DNA from: the human T2T-CHM13v2.0 reference genome, Homo sapiens
Direction: 5' to 3' (one strand)
DNA: 64,000 nt
Assembly: GCF_009914755.1 (NCBI RefSeq)
Contig: NC_060934.1
Shown here: piece by piece, positions 61,155 through 64,000 of the stretch
How positions within the stretch are numbered: the first letter of the stretch is position 1
Layout: the number at the start of each line of letters is the position of its first letter
Notes under the pieces: model-generated
The model's input: only the letters and a program-made list of their open reading frames with translations
Databases searched by the model: none
Told to the model about the DNA's origin: nothing
Position numbers and translations under genes: made by a program

Positions 61155-62169
61155 TTGCATTTTGGCATGATTTTGCAGTGGCTGGTACCAGTTGTTCCTT
61201 TCCATGTTTAGCACTTCCTTCAGGAGCTCTTTTAGGGCAGGCCTGGTGGTGACAAAATCTCTCAGCATTTGCTTGTCTGTAAAGGATTTTATTTCTCCTT
61301 CACTTATGAAGCTTAGTTTGTTTGGATATGAAATTCTGGGTTGAAAATTCTTTTCTTTAAGTATGTTGAATATTGGCCCCCACTCTCTTCTGGCTTGTAG
61401 GGTTTCTGCTGAGAGATCCGCTGTTAGTCTGATGGGCTTCCCTTTGAGGGTAACCCGACCTTTCTCTCTGGCTGCCCTTAACATTTTTTCCTTCATTTCA
61501 ACTTTGGTGAATCTGACAATTATGTGTCTTGGAGTTGCTCTTCTTGAGGAGTATCTTTGTGGCGTTCTCCATATTTCCTGAATCTGAACGTTGGCCTGCC
61601 TTGCTGGATTGGGGAAGTTCTCCTGGATAATATCCTGCAGAGTTTTTTCCAACTTGGTTCCATTCTCCCCATCACTTTCAGGTACACCAATCAGACGTAG
61701 ATTTGGTCTTTTCACATAGTCCCATATTTCTTGGAGGCTTTGCTCATTTCTTTTTATTCTTTTTTCTCTAAACTTCCCTTCTCACTTCACTTCATTCATT
61801 TCATCTTCCATTGCTGATACCCTTTCTTGCAGTTGATCGCATCGGCTCCTGAGGCTTCTGCATTCTTCATGTAGTTCTCGAGCCTTGGTTTTCAGCTCTA
61901 TCAGCTCCTTTAAGCACTTCTCTGTATTGGTTATTCTAGTTATACATTCTTCTAAATTTTTTTCAAAGTTTTCAACTTCTTTGCCTTTGGTTTGAATGTC
62001 CTCCCGTAGCTCAGAGTAATTTGATCGTCTGAAGCCTTCTTCTCTCAGCTTGTCAAAGTCATTCTCCATCCAGCTTTGTTCCGTTGCTGGTGAGGAACTG
62101 CGTTCCTTTGGAGGAGGAGAGGCGCTCTGCTTTTTAGAGTTTCCAGTTTTTCTGTTGTTTTTTCCCCAT
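61155..62169 (-). pseudogene. L1 ORF1p, disrupted
   Basis: 2-bp deletion in the first codons, TGA at 61782-84, and the native TAA changed to CAA (read-through QRPSRLGRNCIN). Confidence 0.9.
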
Positions 62170-63076
62170 CTTTGTGGTTTTATCTACTTTTGGTCTTTGA
62201 TGATGGTGATGTACAGATGGGTTTTTGGTGTGGATGTCCTTTCTTTTTGTTAGTTTTCCTTCTGACAGACGGGACCCTCAGCTGCAGGTCTGTTGGAATA
62301 CCCTGCCGTGTGAGGTGTCAGTGTGCCCCTGCTGGGGGGTGCCTCCCAGTTAGGCTGCTCAGGTGTCAGGGGTCAGGGACCCACTTGAGGAGGCAGTCTG
62401 CCCATTCTCAGATCTCCAGCTGTGTGCTGGGAGAACCACTGCTCTCTTCAAAGCTGTCAGACAGGGACATTTAAGTCTGCAGAGGTTACTGCTGTCTTTT
62501 TGTTTGTCTGTGCCCTGCCCCCAGAGGTGGAGCCTACAGAGGCAGGCAGGCCTCCTTGAGCTGTGGTGGGCTCCGCCCAGTTTGAGCTTCCCAGCTGCTT
62601 TGTTTACCTAAGAAAGCCTGGGCAATGGTGGGCGCCCCTCCCCCAGCCTCGCTGCCGCCTTGCAGTTTGATCTCAGACTGCTGTGCTAGCAATCAGCGAG
62701 ATTCCGTGGGCATAGGACCCTCCAAGCCAGGTGTGGGATAGAATCTCGTGGTGCGCCGTTTTTTAAGCCCGTCGGAAATGCGCAGTATTCGGATGGGAGT
62801 GACCCGATTTTCCAGGTGCCGTCCATCACCCCTTTCTTTGACTCGGAAAGGGAACCCCCTGACCCCTTGCGCTTCCCAAGTGAGGCAATGCCTCGCCCTG
62901 CTTCGGCTCGCGCACGGTGCGCACACCCACTGACCTGCGCCCATTGTCTGGCACTCCCTAGTGAGATGAACCCGGTACCTCAGATGGAAATGCAGAAATC
63001 ACCCGTCTTCTGCGTCGCTCACGCTGGGAGCTGTAGACTGGAGCTGTTCCTATTCGTCCATCTTGGCTCCTCCCCC
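62170..63076 (-). promoter_or_regulatory. L1 5'UTR internal sense promoter and antisense promoter; CpG-rich
   Basis: Complete ~907-bp 5'UTR with many retained CpGs at 62570-63060. Activity is inferred from family knowledge only. Confidence 0.7.
62625..62741 (+). pseudogene. L1 antisense ORF0, premature stop after 38 codons
   Basis: MVGAPPPASLPPCSLISDCCASNQRDSVGIGPSKPGVG*; TAT changed to TAG at 62739-41. The remainder continues in frame (VRRFLS...). Confidence 0.85.
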
Positions 63077-64000
63077 TCGTATTTTATCATTTTAAAGAAT
63101 TCTATTTTAAATATATTTAGTTAAACTCCATTTGTCTTTTAAATTTATGTTTTTACCTGTAGTAATTACTTTCATCTTCTTACCTCAAGTATATTTTTAA
63201 TCTGCCTTTTTATGACTTCCTCAATTACATGTTTAGTTCATTTACTTTCACATTTTTCATTTAATAATACAAAGGAAGTCAAGATATGATTTTGCCAACA
63301 AGTACAACTTTGACCAGATGCCTAGACTCCCCGTCTCCCTCATTTCTTAGACAATATGTCTTCTCAAATGTAATTGAGAGTGCGTTTTTTCCCTCATTCT
63401 CATGGGTTAAGTCTATTAAGTAAAGATTTTTCATTGTTCTTCATAGAATAAAATCTACATATTCTCCTGATTTGAAATGGACTTTGTCACAGATTTTATA
63501 GGTTATGCTTCAAAGATTTAAATGTAAATCATAGCGATGAGGAGAATGTCATAATGTCTAGAGACTTTATTATGATAGAGGCTCTAGTAAGCCTATTAAT
63601 TATTGAAAAGGACTTAAATTTGGATGCAATTTGTTGAATAACAGTTTATGAGTTACTTTTTCTGTGTGTAGCAGATGTCTTTAAAATCTGCTCTTTTAAA
63701 CCACAGGTGATTGCAGTTGCTTCTGCTCCTAAGGGAATTATCTCTAGAGGTGACAGCTGGTTATATTAACAAAATCCTTTGAAATTGAGCTGTGCATGTG
63801 AAAAGTGAAGTCCATAGAGTTTAGATGGAGTATCAAAACAAATAAATATTTAAACTGTTTAGCTAAAAAGTTACAGGGACATTTTCAGTGTGGGAAAGTA
63901 GGGAAGGGAAGTGAGGCAAGTGAGCTGGAAGGGAAGGAAAAAGGGACAAGCAGCATAAAGAGGCGACCTGAGAAATATCAGCCCCTGTACAATTCAGAAC

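Overview
Primate (human-like) AT-rich genomic DNA made almost entirely of transposable-element debris. I found no host protein-coding exon or RNA gene that I can support. Nearly all long ORFs are pieces of dead LINE-1 ORF1/ORF2. The window holds four primate L1s: a young L1PA2-like copy (+, 1-5525, running into an Alu right arm), a full-length L1PA5/6-like copy (+, 24796-30904), and a minus-strand fusion of a 3'-truncated L1PA2/3 (58213-63076) to a 5'-truncated L1PA8A (53073-58212). Around them are many ancient L1M/L2/MIR fragments, five Alus and a FLAM, DNA-transposon relics, and a cluster of seven ERV solo LTRs at 14.3-24.0 kb, including PABL_A nested in MER4. Subfamily names come from remembered consensus diagnostics and need RepeatMasker/Dfam confirmation. 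I see no evidence of a new biological system. The notable items are structural: the L1-L1 fusion, a CpG-rich L1 promoter with a mutated YY1 site and an ORF0 splice donor upstream of its premature stop, inverted young L1s about 53 kb apart, a local duplication carrying an insertion junction, and several fold-back scars.
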